Below, in pieces: positions 38,153 through 48,465 of a stretch of 64,000 bases of DNA; position 1 is the first letter of the stretch, and each line of letters starts with the position of its first letter. The position numbers and the translations under genes are program-made. The stretch is taken from NCBI GenBank assembly GCA_015698285.1, contig CP048685.1, positions 3,472,060-3,536,059 on the forward strand. The letters are read 5' to 3'. Under the pieces are notes generated by a model. It made no database searches, had not been told where the DNA came from, and saw only the letters and a program-made list of their open reading frames with translations. Origin of the DNA: Candidatus Nitronauta litoralis. GTDB taxonomy: Bacteria > Nitrospinota > Nitrospinia > Nitrospinales > Nitrospinaceae.

Positions 38153-39109
38153 TTAGACGGATGCTTTAGAAGCTGATTTTTTCCCGATAACCTCTTTTAC
38201 CTGGGAAACTATGTTGGACGAAGAAAGGCCGTATTTTTCGAATAGCTGGTCCTGTGATCCAGTCTCAGCGAAAGTATCCCGTACCCCCACTTTTCGGACC
38301 GGCACGGAAATATCCTGACTGGCAAGTGAATCCAGAATCGCATCTCCAAGACCACCTATTACGTTGTGATCTTCAGCGGTGACTACAGCACCGGTTTTTC
38401 TAGCCTGCTCAGCAACCAGATTGTGATCCAGAGGTTTTATGGTGGAAATGTTCACGACGCTTACATCCACTGCTTCAGCTCTCAATTGCTCGGCAGCCTT
38501 CAGAGATTCCTGAACCATCACCCCGGATGCAAAAATTACGGCATCAGAACCTTCCTGAATTGTGTGGCCTTTTCCAATTTCAAATTTATAATTTGAATCA
38601 TACAGGCCTTTTACTTTTGGCCGGCCCAGCCTGAAGTACACAGGACCTTCATGATCAATCAATACCTTAGTTGCCTGATAAGCCTCTTCGTAATCCGCAG
38701 GTTGAATCACGGTCAGGTTTGGCATGGCCCGAGTATAAGCCAAGTCCACTATCATCTGGGCCGTTGGACCATCCGGGCCCACCGCAATTCCAGTATGAGT
38801 TCCCACAAGTTTCACGTTGGTATTGGAATAAGCAACGCTAACCAGAACCTGATCCATTGTTCTTCCCAGTAAAAAGCAGGCAAAACTGGTTGCAAAAGCC
38901 ACCTTTCCGGCTGTGGCCAGCCCTGCAGCGGTACAGACCATATCACCTTCACTAATTCCCATATTGAAGAAACGGTCAGGAAATTTGTCTCCAAATTTTT
39001 TGGAACGAGTACTGTCACTCACTCCAGCATCCAGTACCACTACTTTGGGATTTTCTCCAAAATCCTGTAAGGCGGCTCCGTAGCCGTCCCGGGTTGCTCC
39101 GTCTTTCAT
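38153..39109 (-). CDS. transketolase, C-terminal (pyrimidine-binding) subunit
   Basis: FGENPKVVVLDAGVSDSTRS...FFNMGISEGDMV and a C-terminal domain. 4-nt overlap with the N-terminal subunit gene. Confidence 0.9.
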   Translation of the reverse strand: MKDGATRDGYGAALQDFGENPKVVVLDAGVSDSTRSKKFGDKFPDRFFNMGISEGDMVCTAAGLATAGKVAFATSFACFLLGRTMDQVLVSVAYSNTNVKLVGTHTGIAVGPDGPTAQMIVDLAYTRAMPNLTVIQPADYEEAYQATKVLIDHEGPVYFRLGRPKVKGLYDSNYKFEIGKGHTIQEGSDAVIFASGVMVQESLKAAEQLRAEAVDVSVVNISTIKPLDHNLVAEQARKTGAVVTAEDHNVIGGLGDAILDSLASQDISVPVRKVGVRDTFAETGSQDQLFEKYGLSSSNIVSQVKEVIGKKSASKASV

Positions 39110-39933
39110 TCCAACTCCTTAAGTGCGCGTTCCAGATCCTCGTCTCCTGGAGCCACCCCATGCCAGGCGGTTTTACCTTCCATGAAACTGACTCCCTTAC
39201 CTTTTACCGTATCCGCAATAATGACTCTGGGGCGCGTTGCATCCAGAGGCTTTTGCAACGCTCCCATCACTTCCGCCATATTGTGGCCGTCAATCCTGAT
39301 AACTTCCCATCCAAAAGAGGCCCATTTTTCTTCTAAAGGCTCCAAGTCCTTTAAATCTTTGGTGATGTTATCCTGTGCGACCTTATTAAAATCCACAATG
39401 GCCACCAGGTTATTGGTCTTGAATTTCTGGGCCGACATTGCAGCTTCCCACACCTGCCCCTCCTGCAATTCACCATCCCCAAGCAAACAGTAAACTTTAA
39501 AATTCAGATTATCCAACCTGGCCGAAAGGGCTATCCCATTGGCAACACTCAATCCCTGTCCAAGGCTGCCCGTGGCAATTTCGACGCCAGGAGTTTTGGG
39601 ATGAGGATGGCCGGATAAATTGCTCTCGCTGTTTATTTTCCGATAGCCTGCAAGGTCTTCTTTTGGGAAAAAGCCAGCCCGTGAAAGCACCGTATACAAA
39701 AGCCCGGTAACATGGCCTTTGCTCAACACAAAACGGTCCCGGGAAGGATCTTTTGGGTTGTTCGAATCGTATTTCATTATTCCGCCAAAATACAGGGCGG
39801 TGAGTATGTCTGCCCCGGAGAGGCTTCCTCCAGGATGGCCCGAACCCGCTTGGTGAATAAGCTTCAAGCTGTCCTTGCGGACTTCCTTGGCCTCTTTTTC
39901 AAGAGAGGCAATATCGTCTGTACAAACCGTCAT
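39106..39933 (-). CDS. transketolase, N-terminal (TPP-binding) subunit
   Basis: SGHPGGSLS, SKGH, and GSLGQGLSVANG...GDGELQEGQVWEA TPP-binding motifs. Split-gene arrangement. Confidence 0.9.
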   Translation of the reverse strand: MTVCTDDIASLEKEAKEVRKDSLKLIHQAGSGHPGGSLSGADILTALYFGGIMKYDSNNPKDPSRDRFVLSKGHVTGLLYTVLSRAGFFPKEDLAGYRKINSESNLSGHPHPKTPGVEIATGSLGQGLSVANGIALSARLDNLNFKVYCLLGDGELQEGQVWEAAMSAQKFKTNNLVAIVDFNKVAQDNITKDLKDLEPLEEKWASFGWEVIRIDGHNMAEVMGALQKPLDATRPRVIIADTVKGKGVSFMEGKTAWHGVAPGDEDLERALKELE

Positions 39934-40053
39934 TATAATCTCCTGTTAACGGCAAAATCCGTGAGGGCTAAGCTTAAGGCAATTGAAAAAAATTTAACAG
40001 GAAATTTTTTGGAAAATATTATGATGGAAGAAAATACAGGGTGAAAACAGTTA

Positions 40054-40716
40054 CTAATTATTCAAAAAAGTATCGCCGCCCTTGTCCATCAGGCCGTCAC
40101 AATGCGCAATAACCTCTTGAAAATTCACAGGCTTTTTCATAAATCCATCGCCACCCGCCTCAGTCACCTCTTCAAGGGTATATTGCAGGCTGGCTGAAAT
40201 AACCAGGATCCGGGTGTTCTGGGTGCGTGGGTTACTTTTTAAATGGCGGCAAACTTCAAGACCATTCAGACCCGGCAGGTTGATATCCAATAAAATAATA
40301 TTGGGTTTGAATTCAGCGGCTTTCAAACCTGCATTGAGGCCATCATAGGCCACATCAACCTGAAACCCGTTTTTCTCAAAATATTTTTTCATGAGTTGAG
40401 TGAACTTCTTTTCATCATCCACAATCAATACCTTACGGGCAGACTTCTCAACTTCCTCCTTCTTCAATATTTCCTGAATCATGGTTATGGTGTAACCACT
40501 CTTTTGAAGGGAGTAAACGCGTTTACATCGTTCCCTCACCCAGGCGGGATAGTAGCCCACAATCCCCTTCCCCCCCGGATGGGCAACCTTAATCGGGTCA
40601 GGGAAAAACTGATATTTCTTCTGCCATAACCATAAAGTCTTTCTTGTGATAGGAACCACAAGCAAAATATCCGCTGCCGTTACTTTTTCAAAATCAAGAT
40701 TGTCTTTGCGGGCCAT
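40054..40716 (-). CDS. response regulator with N-terminal MerR/excisionase-type HTH and C-terminal receiver domain
   Basis: GGAG SD 6 nt before ATG 40716. The N-terminus (TAADILLVVPITRKTLWLWQKK...YYPAWV...SLQKSGYTITMIQEIL) is MerR-like. The C-terminus is REC (LIVDDE, LLDINLPG, VISAS, MKKP). Confidence 0.75.
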   Translation of the reverse strand: MARKDNLDFEKVTAADILLVVPITRKTLWLWQKKYQFFPDPIKVAHPGGKGIVGYYPAWVRERCKRVYSLQKSGYTITMIQEILKKEEVEKSARKVLIVDDEKKFTQLMKKYFEKNGFQVDVAYDGLNAGLKAAEFKPNIILLDINLPGLNGLEVCRHLKSNPRTQNTRILVISASLQYTLEEVTEAGGDGFMKKPVNFQEVIAHCDGLMDKGGDTFLNN

Positions 40717-40777
40717 CAATATCTCCAAAGTATTTTAGCCGTAATTGGGTCCCCATTTTGGTCCCAAACAATTCCAC

Positions 40778-40794
40778 TTTACATTCAATGTAAA
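40778..40794. promoter_or_regulatory. perfect 8-1-8 palindrome, candidate operator in divergent promoter region
   Basis: TTTACATT-C-AATGTAAA lies in the intergenic space between the MerR-REC regulator gene and the TolC/efflux operon. Confidence 0.4.
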
Positions 40795-41017
40795 TTAACA
40801 GGTTAATTCTCGAGAATCAAACCCAAAACCACAAAAACCTTCTAAGCTCCATAAATACAAACAAATAGATTATCAAGCCCTTTTTTTATTTATAGTTAGC
40901 TCCTTTTTTAACAAATTTATAGTTTTTTAACTTTTTTTTATTATGGACTTCTTTTCTTTAACCCCTTCGATTATAATAAGTTATCTTAATCAAATTCATT
41001 ATTTCAGCGGAGTTTCC

Positions 41018-42778
41018 ATGCACCCGATTTTTAGGGTTTTCAGGCCGGTGCCCGTTTGTTTTGGACTGACGTTAATTTTGTTCAATTCCACAGCTTCTGG
41101 CTCATCCATTTCTTTAAAAGAAACGGACCTGCCAGCTTATGATTCGGCGGCCAGTCAATCTCAACCCATAAAAAATACTAAAAGTGAAAAAGGAGAGGCT
41201 CCCTCCCCTGCCCTGATAGTAGATCTCAATGGGGATCAAAAAAAGACTGGTTCTGCGGCTTCGATTCAAACAATTGATCAGAGCATAGATGCCCCTGAAG
41301 AGCGCCTCCTGGGCTTGAGAGACGTACTCAGTATTACCCTCCAAAATAATGTTGCGATTGCAGTACAAGAATATCAAACCGGGATCAGACAACAGGAAAT
41401 TACTGGCCAGGATGCGGTATTCGATCCTTCCATAGTAATTGAGGGTCGGGCAAACGAAAACGAATCGCAGATCGCGTCGGCTTTTGCTGCACCCGATATC
41501 AGCAACAATGAGCGACAAAGCTGGAAAGTAGGTCTTTCCCAGAAGCTGGTGACGGGAACTCAATATGAACTTAACTACACAGGTTTTCGGGATGAAACCA
41601 ACTCCGCATTCGCAGGATTAAACCCTCAGTACACCTCTCGTGTTGAGGTCAATGTGACCCAACCCCTATTAAAAAATTTCGGGATTGATACCAATAAGAA
41701 AGATATTTTCATAGCTCAGAACAATCTGGATATTTCCGAGTACGAATTCAAATCCGGTGTGATCGACATCATCACTAACGCCGAGAATACTTATTGGGAT
41801 CTCGTTTTTACCCGTGAAGATCTCAAGGTCAAAAAACAATCGGTTAAACGAGCCCAGGATCTGGAACGCCGCGTTCGGGCTCAGGTCAGGGTGGGAACCC
41901 TTGCCCCCATAGAAATTCTGCAGGCCCAATCTGAAGTGGCCTCCCGTGAAGAAGGGGTTCTCCTTGCAGAAAAAGCCATCGCCGATGCAGAAGATCAGCT
42001 CAAAAACATCATGAATATTAATTTTGACTCGCAGGAGGGGAAGAAAGAATTTAAACCTCTTGATCCTGCGGATTTTATGTTAGGCAAAAAGATTGTCCTG
42101 AGTGAAGCCATTACCGAAGCATTGGAAAACCGTCCCGATTTCCTTGTTCGAAAAAAGGAACTGGAGAATCAAAATATCAACGTGAAATTTAACGAAAACC
42201 AGCTCTATCCTTCCCTGGATCTGGTTGGAACCTTCGGACTGAATGGATTGAGCGGAACTGCCGGTTCTATCCAACAGTTTGGCGGTGGTTCAGTACGCAG
42301 TCGCTTTGGGGGAAACTATGGCCAAAGTCTGGATGACGTTTTCTCCGGGGACTTTAAGAATTGGGAGGTTGGTTTACTACTCAACTATCCAATAGGCAAT
42401 CGCGCGGCCGAAAGCAGGCTCACTGCTTCCCGACTTCAGGCAGCCCAGCTTTTACTCGAAATAAAGGATCTGGAAAAATCGATCGTTGTCGAAGTCCGAC
42501 AGGCATCCCGCCAGATCCTGACCGATATCAAGCGGGTTCATGCCGCAAGGGTCGCAAGGCGACTCGCCGAAGAAAAACTGGCTGCAGAAGAAAAAAAGTT
42601 TGCCGTAGGCCTCTCCACCAGCTTCGAGGTCCTGGAGTTTCAAACGGATCTTGCGGAACAAGAGAGTCGGGAGTTGAAAGCAATAATCGATTATAAAAAG
42701 TCCCTCAGTAATTTCAAGAAAGTTAAAGCCTCTACCCTGACAGCACACAACATCAGCCTGGACAGTCGCGCAAAATAA
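41018..42778 (+). CDS. TolC-family outer membrane efflux protein
   Basis: I prefer ATG 41018 (GGAG SD), which gives the signal peptide MHPIFRVFRPVPVCFGLTLILFNSTASG. A Ser/Lys-rich linker is followed by two OEP repeats with coiled coils. Confidence 0.85.
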   Translation: MHPIFRVFRPVPVCFGLTLILFNSTASGSSISLKETDLPAYDSAASQSQPIKNTKSEKGEAPSPALIVDLNGDQKKTGSAASIQTIDQSIDAPEERLLGLRDVLSITLQNNVAIAVQEYQTGIRQQEITGQDAVFDPSIVIEGRANENESQIASAFAAPDISNNERQSWKVGLSQKLVTGTQYELNYTGFRDETNSAFAGLNPQYTSRVEVNVTQPLLKNFGIDTNKKDIFIAQNNLDISEYEFKSGVIDIITNAENTYWDLVFTREDLKVKKQSVKRAQDLERRVRAQVRVGTLAPIEILQAQSEVASREEGVLLAEKAIADAEDQLKNIMNINFDSQEGKKEFKPLDPADFMLGKKIVLSEAITEALENRPDFLVRKKELENQNINVKFNENQLYPSLDLVGTFGLNGLSGTAGSIQQFGGGSVRSRFGGNYGQSLDDVFSGDFKNWEVGLLLNYPIGNRAAESRLTASRLQAAQLLLEIKDLEKSIVVEVRQASRQILTDIKRVHAARVARRLAEEKLAAEEKKFAVGLSTSFEVLEFQTDLAEQESRELKAIIDYKKSLSNFKKVKASTLTAHNISLDSRAK

Positions 42779-42780
42779 AT

Positions 42781-44115
42781 ATGAAAAAAAAACTCTGGCT
42801 AGGGCTGCTTCTCCTTTTCATAGTTGCCGGAGCACTGTTTGTTCTCAGTGAAAATGAGAAACCAGACTCTCCTCCCGATATTTCCTGGAAAACAACTCCC
42901 GTTAAATTTGGAACCCTTAAAGTCAAAGTAACGGCCACAGGAGTCGTCGAACCCAATTTCGAAGTTGAAGTAAAGTCCAAGGCAAGTGGTGAAGTTTTGG
43001 AGTTCCCTTTTGAAGAAGGCGACACAGTAAAAAAAGATCAATTATTGCTCAAGCTGGACAAATCGGATGAGGACCGGAATGTCGCAAGAGCTCAGGCCGA
43101 ACTCGACAGCGCAATGGCAAAATTGAGGCGCGCCGAAATTACTCTCCTGCTACAAAAATCTAAGTATAAAACCGATCTTAAAACCGCTGAATCCCGTGTT
43201 GAAGAATCCATTGCCAATCTGAAAGAGGCGAAGGATAAACTGGAACGCCAGCGAAACCTGTTCAAGGAAAAGATTGTTGCTCAGGAGTCTCTAGATATTG
43301 CGGAAACCTCCTTTAAGGTGAGCCAGGAGTCCCTCATTCAGGCGCGCGCCCTTTTGATGGTTGCCAAAGATTCCATTCACGATATCACTGTCAAGGAAAA
43401 CGAAATCGAACTGGCAAAAGCCGACGTCACCCAGGCCGAAATCACCCTGGCTGAAGCCCAGGAGCGACTTTCAGAAACCGATATTTATGCACCCATTTCC
43501 GGGACGCTTATTGAAAAACTGGTTGAGCAGGGGCAGATTATTTCATCCGGTATTTCGAATGTCTCCGGTGGGACTCCCCTCTCCAAGGTAGCGGATCTTA
43601 GTCGCATTTTTATCATTGCCGATGTGGACGAGACCGATATCGGATCCGTACGCGTTGGACACCCGGTTTCCATTACCACCGATGCTTTTCAGGGAAAAAC
43701 CTTCAAGGGCCGGGTGACCCGCATTGCACCCAAGGGGGTTGTTGAAAACAGCATCACCCTGTTCAAAGTCAAAATTGAAATACTCGGAAAAGGCCGGAAG
43801 ATTCTAAAACCCATGATGTCTGCGAATGTGGACATTATTTCCAAAGAGCTGGAAAACTCCTTATTCCTTCCCCGGGAAGCTGTCCAGGACAAGGACGGCA
43901 GGTCATTTGTGGCCATTCTTGAAGCGGGTTTGCCCAAAGAGGTCACAGTTGAAACCGGAATCCTCAATCCGATTCACATTGAAATTAAAAAAGGTGTCTC
44001 CAAAGATCAGGAAGTTTTAGTAGGCGACTGGGAAAAATTACTTGAGGAGTACAAGAAAAACTCCGGTAAAATGTCTACTATGAAAAGAATATTGTTCATC
44101 CTGTCACGAAAATAA
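42781..44115 (+). CDS. macA: efflux periplasmic adaptor (MacA/HlyD-type)
   Basis: N-terminal anchor, a lipoyl-like half motif (GEVLEFPFEEGDTVKKDQLLLKLD...APISGTLIE), a long coiled-coil hairpin, and a beta-barrel domain. Confidence 0.85.
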   Translation: MKKKLWLGLLLLFIVAGALFVLSENEKPDSPPDISWKTTPVKFGTLKVKVTATGVVEPNFEVEVKSKASGEVLEFPFEEGDTVKKDQLLLKLDKSDEDRNVARAQAELDSAMAKLRRAEITLLLQKSKYKTDLKTAESRVEESIANLKEAKDKLERQRNLFKEKIVAQESLDIAETSFKVSQESLIQARALLMVAKDSIHDITVKENEIELAKADVTQAEITLAEAQERLSETDIYAPISGTLIEKLVEQGQIISSGISNVSGGTPLSKVADLSRIFIIADVDETDIGSVRVGHPVSITTDAFQGKTFKGRVTRIAPKGVVENSITLFKVKIEILGKGRKILKPMMSANVDIISKELENSLFLPREAVQDKDGRSFVAILEAGLPKEVTVETGILNPIHIEIKKGVSKDQEVLVGDWEKLLEEYKKNSGKMSTMKRILFILSRK

Positions 44116-44121
44116 TCCCGC

Positions 44122-44820
44122 ATGATAGAGGCACTGGAACTTTCCAAGAGCTACCAGCTAGGCAACCAACAGGTAGTGGCCCTAAAAAGTACCACTTTCA
44201 GAATCAATGAAGGAGAGTGGGTGGCTATCATGGGCCAATCCGGTAGCGGCAAGTCCACCCTGATGAATTTACTGGGTTGCCTGGACCAACCCACTGGCGG
44301 GACTTATCTCCTGGATGATATTGACGTCAAAACCCTCAACGCAGACTCACTGGCAGAAGTTCGCAATCGTAAAATCGGATTTGTGTTCCAGAGCTTCAAT
44401 CTCCTGCCCAGGTCCTCTGCGCTTGAAAATGTAGAACTGCCTCTTCTTTATGGACGCGTTTCGGATTCACGGGAAAAGTCCCTGAAAGCGCTTGAGCGCG
44501 TCGGTCTGGAGGCTCGTTCACGTCATAAGCCTAATGAGCTTTCAGGTGGCGAACGCCAACGTGTGGCCATTGCAAGAGCTCTGGTCAACAATCCTTCTAT
44601 CATTCTCGCAGACGAGCCAACTGGAAACCTGGATTCCCGGACAGGCGAAGAAATAATGGGAATGTTTACCCGGTTGCACACAGAAGGCGTCACCCTCATC
44701 CTGGTCACACATGAACCTCACATCGCTGAATACGCCCACCGTATTATCACCTTAAAAGATGGAGAGATATTGTCCGATAAACCCACAGCCAGGGCTAAAA
44801 AGGAAGCGGCGACATGCTGA
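44122..44820 (+). CDS. macB: ABC transporter ATP-binding protein (MacB/LolD-type)
   Basis: Intact Walker A GQSGSGKST, Q-loop FVFQSFNLL, LSGGERQR, Walker B IILADEPTGNLD, and H-loop VTHE. Confidence 0.9.
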   Translation: MIEALELSKSYQLGNQQVVALKSTTFRINEGEWVAIMGQSGSGKSTLMNLLGCLDQPTGGTYLLDDIDVKTLNADSLAEVRNRKIGFVFQSFNLLPRSSALENVELPLLYGRVSDSREKSLKALERVGLEARSRHKPNELSGGERQRVAIARALVNNPSIILADEPTGNLDSRTGEEIMGMFTRLHTEGVTLILVTHEPHIAEYAHRIITLKDGEILSDKPTARAKKEAATC

Positions 44821-46025
44821 TATTTGACCTATTTAAAATGGCCGTGCGGAGCCTCGTTGCAAATAAAATGCGAACATTCCTGACTGCATTGGGAATTATC
44901 ATTGGTGTGGCATCCGTAATCTCCATGATTTCGATTGGTGAAGGTGCAAAACGGGAAACCTTGTCTACCATTTCCAAATTTGGAACGAATATCATTTCGG
45001 TACGTCCTGGAGAAAAAAAATCAAGGCATGTCAGAAGTGGACAGGTAGAGACCCTAACCTTTGAAGATGCCAAAGCAATCGAAGAACATATCGGGTTAAT
45101 CACTGGGGTTGCCGCCCAGGTGTACAAGGGAGCCCAGATCAAATTTGGAAATAAAAACAGTTCATCAACGATCCGGGGTACTGGAAGAGAATATGCCCGT
45201 CTTGCAAACTATCAAATGGACAAAGGCCGGTTTTTTAACATGCAAGAGGTCAACACATCGCGCCGTGTGGCCGTTCTGGGGGCAACGGTTGTTAAAAACC
45301 TGTTTGGAGGAGCGGTTGACCCCATAGGTGAAACTTTAAAGATCAACGGAAATAATTACCTTATTATCGGGACAACGGTAGCCAAAGGAGCATTAAGCTG
45401 GTTTGACCCTGATGACCAGGTGTTCATTCCAGTAACCACCGCTCAAAAAAGGCAGTTTGGCCAGGATTATTTACAGACCATAGATATCCAGGCTGAGAAC
45501 ATCGAAGACATTGAAACCATCAAAGCGGATATTGAGGCCCTGTTGCGCAGACGACACAATATTCCGGAGGACAAGGAAAACGACTTCCACGTGCAAAATT
45601 CTGCAGAATGGCTGAACAGTTGGGGAAACGCTGCAAAAACTTTTCAATACCTGCTCGGTGGAATCGCAGCCATTTCCCTGATGGTTGGCGGCATCGGCAT
45701 CATGAACATTATGCTCGTGTCAGTTACGGAGCGCACACGTGAAATTGGAATTCGCATTGCCATTGGCGCCCGTAAGCGGGAAATCAGAAAACAGTTTCTT
45801 ATCGAATCGGTTGTGGTCAGTGTTCTTGGAGGTGGTATCGGGGTCCTCATCGGCCTGGGTATTTCCCGGATCGTTTCGCAGATGAGCGGCTGGGATACCA
45901 TCGTCTCGATAAATTCAATAATGCTGGCATTTGGGTTTTCTGTGGGTATTGGAGTTTTTTTCGGATTTTATCCCGCCAACAAAGCCGCGAACCTGAATCC
46001 AATCGATGCCTTGCGTTACGAATAA
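44814..46025 (+). CDS. ABC transporter permease (MacB/FtsX-type, with periplasmic domain)
   Basis: TM1, a ~220-aa periplasmic MacB_PCD-like domain, then the FtsX 3-TM bundle (ERTREIGIRIAIGA). 7-nt overlap with the ATPase gene. Confidence 0.9.
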   Translation: MLIFDLFKMAVRSLVANKMRTFLTALGIIIGVASVISMISIGEGAKRETLSTISKFGTNIISVRPGEKKSRHVRSGQVETLTFEDAKAIEEHIGLITGVAAQVYKGAQIKFGNKNSSSTIRGTGREYARLANYQMDKGRFFNMQEVNTSRRVAVLGATVVKNLFGGAVDPIGETLKINGNNYLIIGTTVAKGALSWFDPDDQVFIPVTTAQKRQFGQDYLQTIDIQAENIEDIETIKADIEALLRRRHNIPEDKENDFHVQNSAEWLNSWGNAAKTFQYLLGGIAAISLMVGGIGIMNIMLVSVTERTREIGIRIAIGARKREIRKQFLIESVVVSVLGGGIGVLIGLGISRIVSQMSGWDTIVSINSIMLAFGFSVGIGVFFGFYPANKAANLNPIDALRYE

Positions 46026-46096
46026 AATTTCTCCCCGGTAAAAATTAAATTTTTCCATTCTTTTTATTCCCTCAACTGTGATTTATAATCGCGGCC

Positions 46097-47554
46097 ATGC
46101 TTGAAACGCGATCAACCCAAATAGAAATTCTCCCCGACTGGAATAGTTTTCTCGACTTGAGAAAAGCTAATTCACGTCTACCTCTGATCGCGCAAAGAAA
46201 AGTCAGAAACCTGGACCCTTTCCTTTTGTTTTCAGAATTATTCGCAGGGGATGTGGGAACGTTCCTTTTAGAAAGTGGCAAGGGCCCTGAATCCACCGCT
46301 CGTTTTTCTTTCCTGGGTGAATCCAATGGAAACTTTCTGAGACTGGATGAAAATTCAATCTGCTCTTTTGATTCAATTTTGCAGAAAATTAATTTTGATT
46401 TTGGTGAAAATAATATTCCTTACGCTCCACATTTCTGGGGAGGATGGGTCGGATTCTTTTCTTATGAAACCATCTGTTTTCTCGAACCAGTAGACCTAAA
46501 GAAAAACAACACGGATTCAATCCCGGATCTGTTCCTGGCTGAAACAGGAACCCTGCTCGTTTACGATCACCAACTGGAAATTTTAAAGGTGATTTTAACT
46601 TTGAAAACAGATACCGCCTGTTTTCAAAGTTACAGCTCCACCATAGACGCAATGAACACATTGTGGCAAAGGATTGAGAAAGTCCTTGAAGATTGCCCAA
46701 CTCCAAAACTTAATAGTAAAAACCCGGTTATTTCTTCCAATTCTCCGCAAACAGACAGCTCACAATGGGAATACTGCGATAGTGTTCATAAAGCTAAAAA
46801 ATACATAGAAGATGGAGATATTTATCAGGCCAACCTTGCTCAACGTTTTGAAAAACCCTATGACGGCAAACCTTCCGACCTTTATCAAAATTTAAAAATG
46901 GTCAACCCCTCCCCTTTTGGAGGTCTATTCTATTTTCCGGAAGGAGCTCTGGTTAGTTCTTCTCCCGAGCGCCTGGTAAAGGTGGAGAACGGGAAGATAG
47001 AAACCCGGCCAATAGCGGGAACCAGACCGCGAGGAGCTTCCCATAAAGAGGATGGCTTGTTGTCCCAGGAATTGCTGCTCAATGAAAAGGAACGTGCGGA
47101 ACATTTAATGCTGGTTGATCTTGAACGCAACGATCTGGGTCGGATATGTGAATACGGTACTGTAGAAGTAACAGAGCTAATGAATCGTGAGCAATACTCA
47201 CATGTCCACCATATTGTCTCTAACGTTCAGGGAAAACTAAAACAGGGAACCAACCTGAAAGATATTTTGACGGCAGTATTCCCCGGAGGCACCATTACAG
47301 GTTGTCCAAAAATCAGATGCATGGAAATCATAGAAGAACTTGAGCCTGTCAGGCGGGGAATCTATTGTGGTTCCATGGGATATATTGGGTATGGCCCTCA
47401 TCTGGACCTGAACATTCTTATCCGGACCATTCTTTTAAAAGACGGGGTAGCTAGTTTTCATGCGGGAGCGGGAATAGTGGCCGATTCTGATCCTGACACT
47501 GAGTACAAAGAGTCGTTATCAAAAGCTGCCGCCTTGGTTCAGGCACTCACGTAA
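46097..47554 (+). CDS. pabB: aminodeoxychorismate synthase component I (chorismate-binding enzyme)
   Basis: Chorismate-binding motifs GDIYQANL, SPERL, IAGTRPRG, NDLGRIC, PGGTITGCPK and GAGIVADSDP. PabB is preferred over TrpE because a class IV aminotransferase/ADC lyase gene follows. Confidence 0.8.
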   Translation: MLETRSTQIEILPDWNSFLDLRKANSRLPLIAQRKVRNLDPFLLFSELFAGDVGTFLLESGKGPESTARFSFLGESNGNFLRLDENSICSFDSILQKINFDFGENNIPYAPHFWGGWVGFFSYETICFLEPVDLKKNNTDSIPDLFLAETGTLLVYDHQLEILKVILTLKTDTACFQSYSSTIDAMNTLWQRIEKVLEDCPTPKLNSKNPVISSNSPQTDSSQWEYCDSVHKAKKYIEDGDIYQANLAQRFEKPYDGKPSDLYQNLKMVNPSPFGGLFYFPEGALVSSSPERLVKVENGKIETRPIAGTRPRGASHKEDGLLSQELLLNEKERAEHLMLVDLERNDLGRICEYGTVEVTELMNREQYSHVHHIVSNVQGKLKQGTNLKDILTAVFPGGTITGCPKIRCMEIIEELEPVRRGIYCGSMGYIGYGPHLDLNILIRTILLKDGVASFHAGAGIVADSDPDTEYKESLSKAAALVQALT

Positions 47555-47562
47555 GCTCTATT

Positions 47563-48435
47563 ATGCAACTCATCGTAAATGTTAATGGAGAGTTTTTAGA
47601 CATTGAAAATGCGCGCCTTTCTGTAAAAGACAGGGGTTTTATGTATGGAGACGGATTGTTTGAAACACTTCGCGCCAGACGCAACTCTGTTTTTCGCTTA
47701 CAAGCACACATGGAAAGGCTGTTAAAAGCTGCGGAAGAACTCGACATTCCTCTACCGATTTCCATCCAGGAAATTGAAAAACGAATTCACCAAACTCTCG
47801 ATAAAAATGAACTGGAGGATGCTATTGTCCGGGTGCAACTTACCCGCGGTGAAGATGAACCGGGATTACTTCCCAGCCCATTTACCAGCGCAACTCTGGT
47901 GGTCGTGGTCAGGCCTTATCAGCCACCTCCTGAGAACTTCTACAGCAAAGGCGTTTCTATCTGCACGATCCCCAATAGCGCAGCAATCACAAGTTTGTCA
48001 AATCATCGAATTAAAACCACCAACTACCTCGTTAATATTTTACTCAAGAAAAAGGCTGAAGAACGGAAGTGCTATGAAGCAATCGCGCTTACCCCGCAGG
48101 GTTTCCTGACAGAAGGAACCGTCACCAACATCTTTCTGGTACAAAATAAAGCGATTCACACCCCAACCCTCGGGCCCTTTGTGATGGATGGAATCACCCG
48201 GCGCCTTATTCGCGAGACCTCCAGGAATGAGGGAATTTCATTTAACGATCGCGATTTATCTCATGATGAGGGATTCAAGGCAAATGAGATATTTCTAACA
48301 AATACAGGAATCGGGGTTTTGCCAGTCACCTCATTTGATGGCCAAACAGTTGGAGACGGCTCACCCGGACCGGTGACGTGCCGCATCCGAGAATCGTATC
48401 TCAAAATATTTGATACCGAAATGGGATCATGCTAA
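47563..48435 (+). CDS. pabC: aminodeoxychorismate lyase / class IV aminotransferase
   Basis: GFMYGDGLFETLR and EGTVTNIF... are fold-type IV PLP motifs. It lies 8 nt downstream of pabB. Confidence 0.7.
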   Translation: MQLIVNVNGEFLDIENARLSVKDRGFMYGDGLFETLRARRNSVFRLQAHMERLLKAAEELDIPLPISIQEIEKRIHQTLDKNELEDAIVRVQLTRGEDEPGLLPSPFTSATLVVVVRPYQPPPENFYSKGVSICTIPNSAAITSLSNHRIKTTNYLVNILLKKKAEERKCYEAIALTPQGFLTEGTVTNIFLVQNKAIHTPTLGPFVMDGITRRLIRETSRNEGISFNDRDLSHDEGFKANEIFLTNTGIGVLPVTSFDGQTVGDGSPGPVTCRIRESYLKIFDTEMGSC

Positions 48436-48465
48436 CCTTCGGCCTTTAAATTCAGGAAGGAACTC

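Noticed and set aside
812-46025. The two HlyD/TolC/ABC modules (2-3948 and 41018-46025) as a recent duplication or repeat
   Set aside because: The protein sequences are not alignable beyond family level. Gene order and ABC type differ (a fused exporter-like TMD-NBD versus a split MacB-type ATPase plus FtsX permease).
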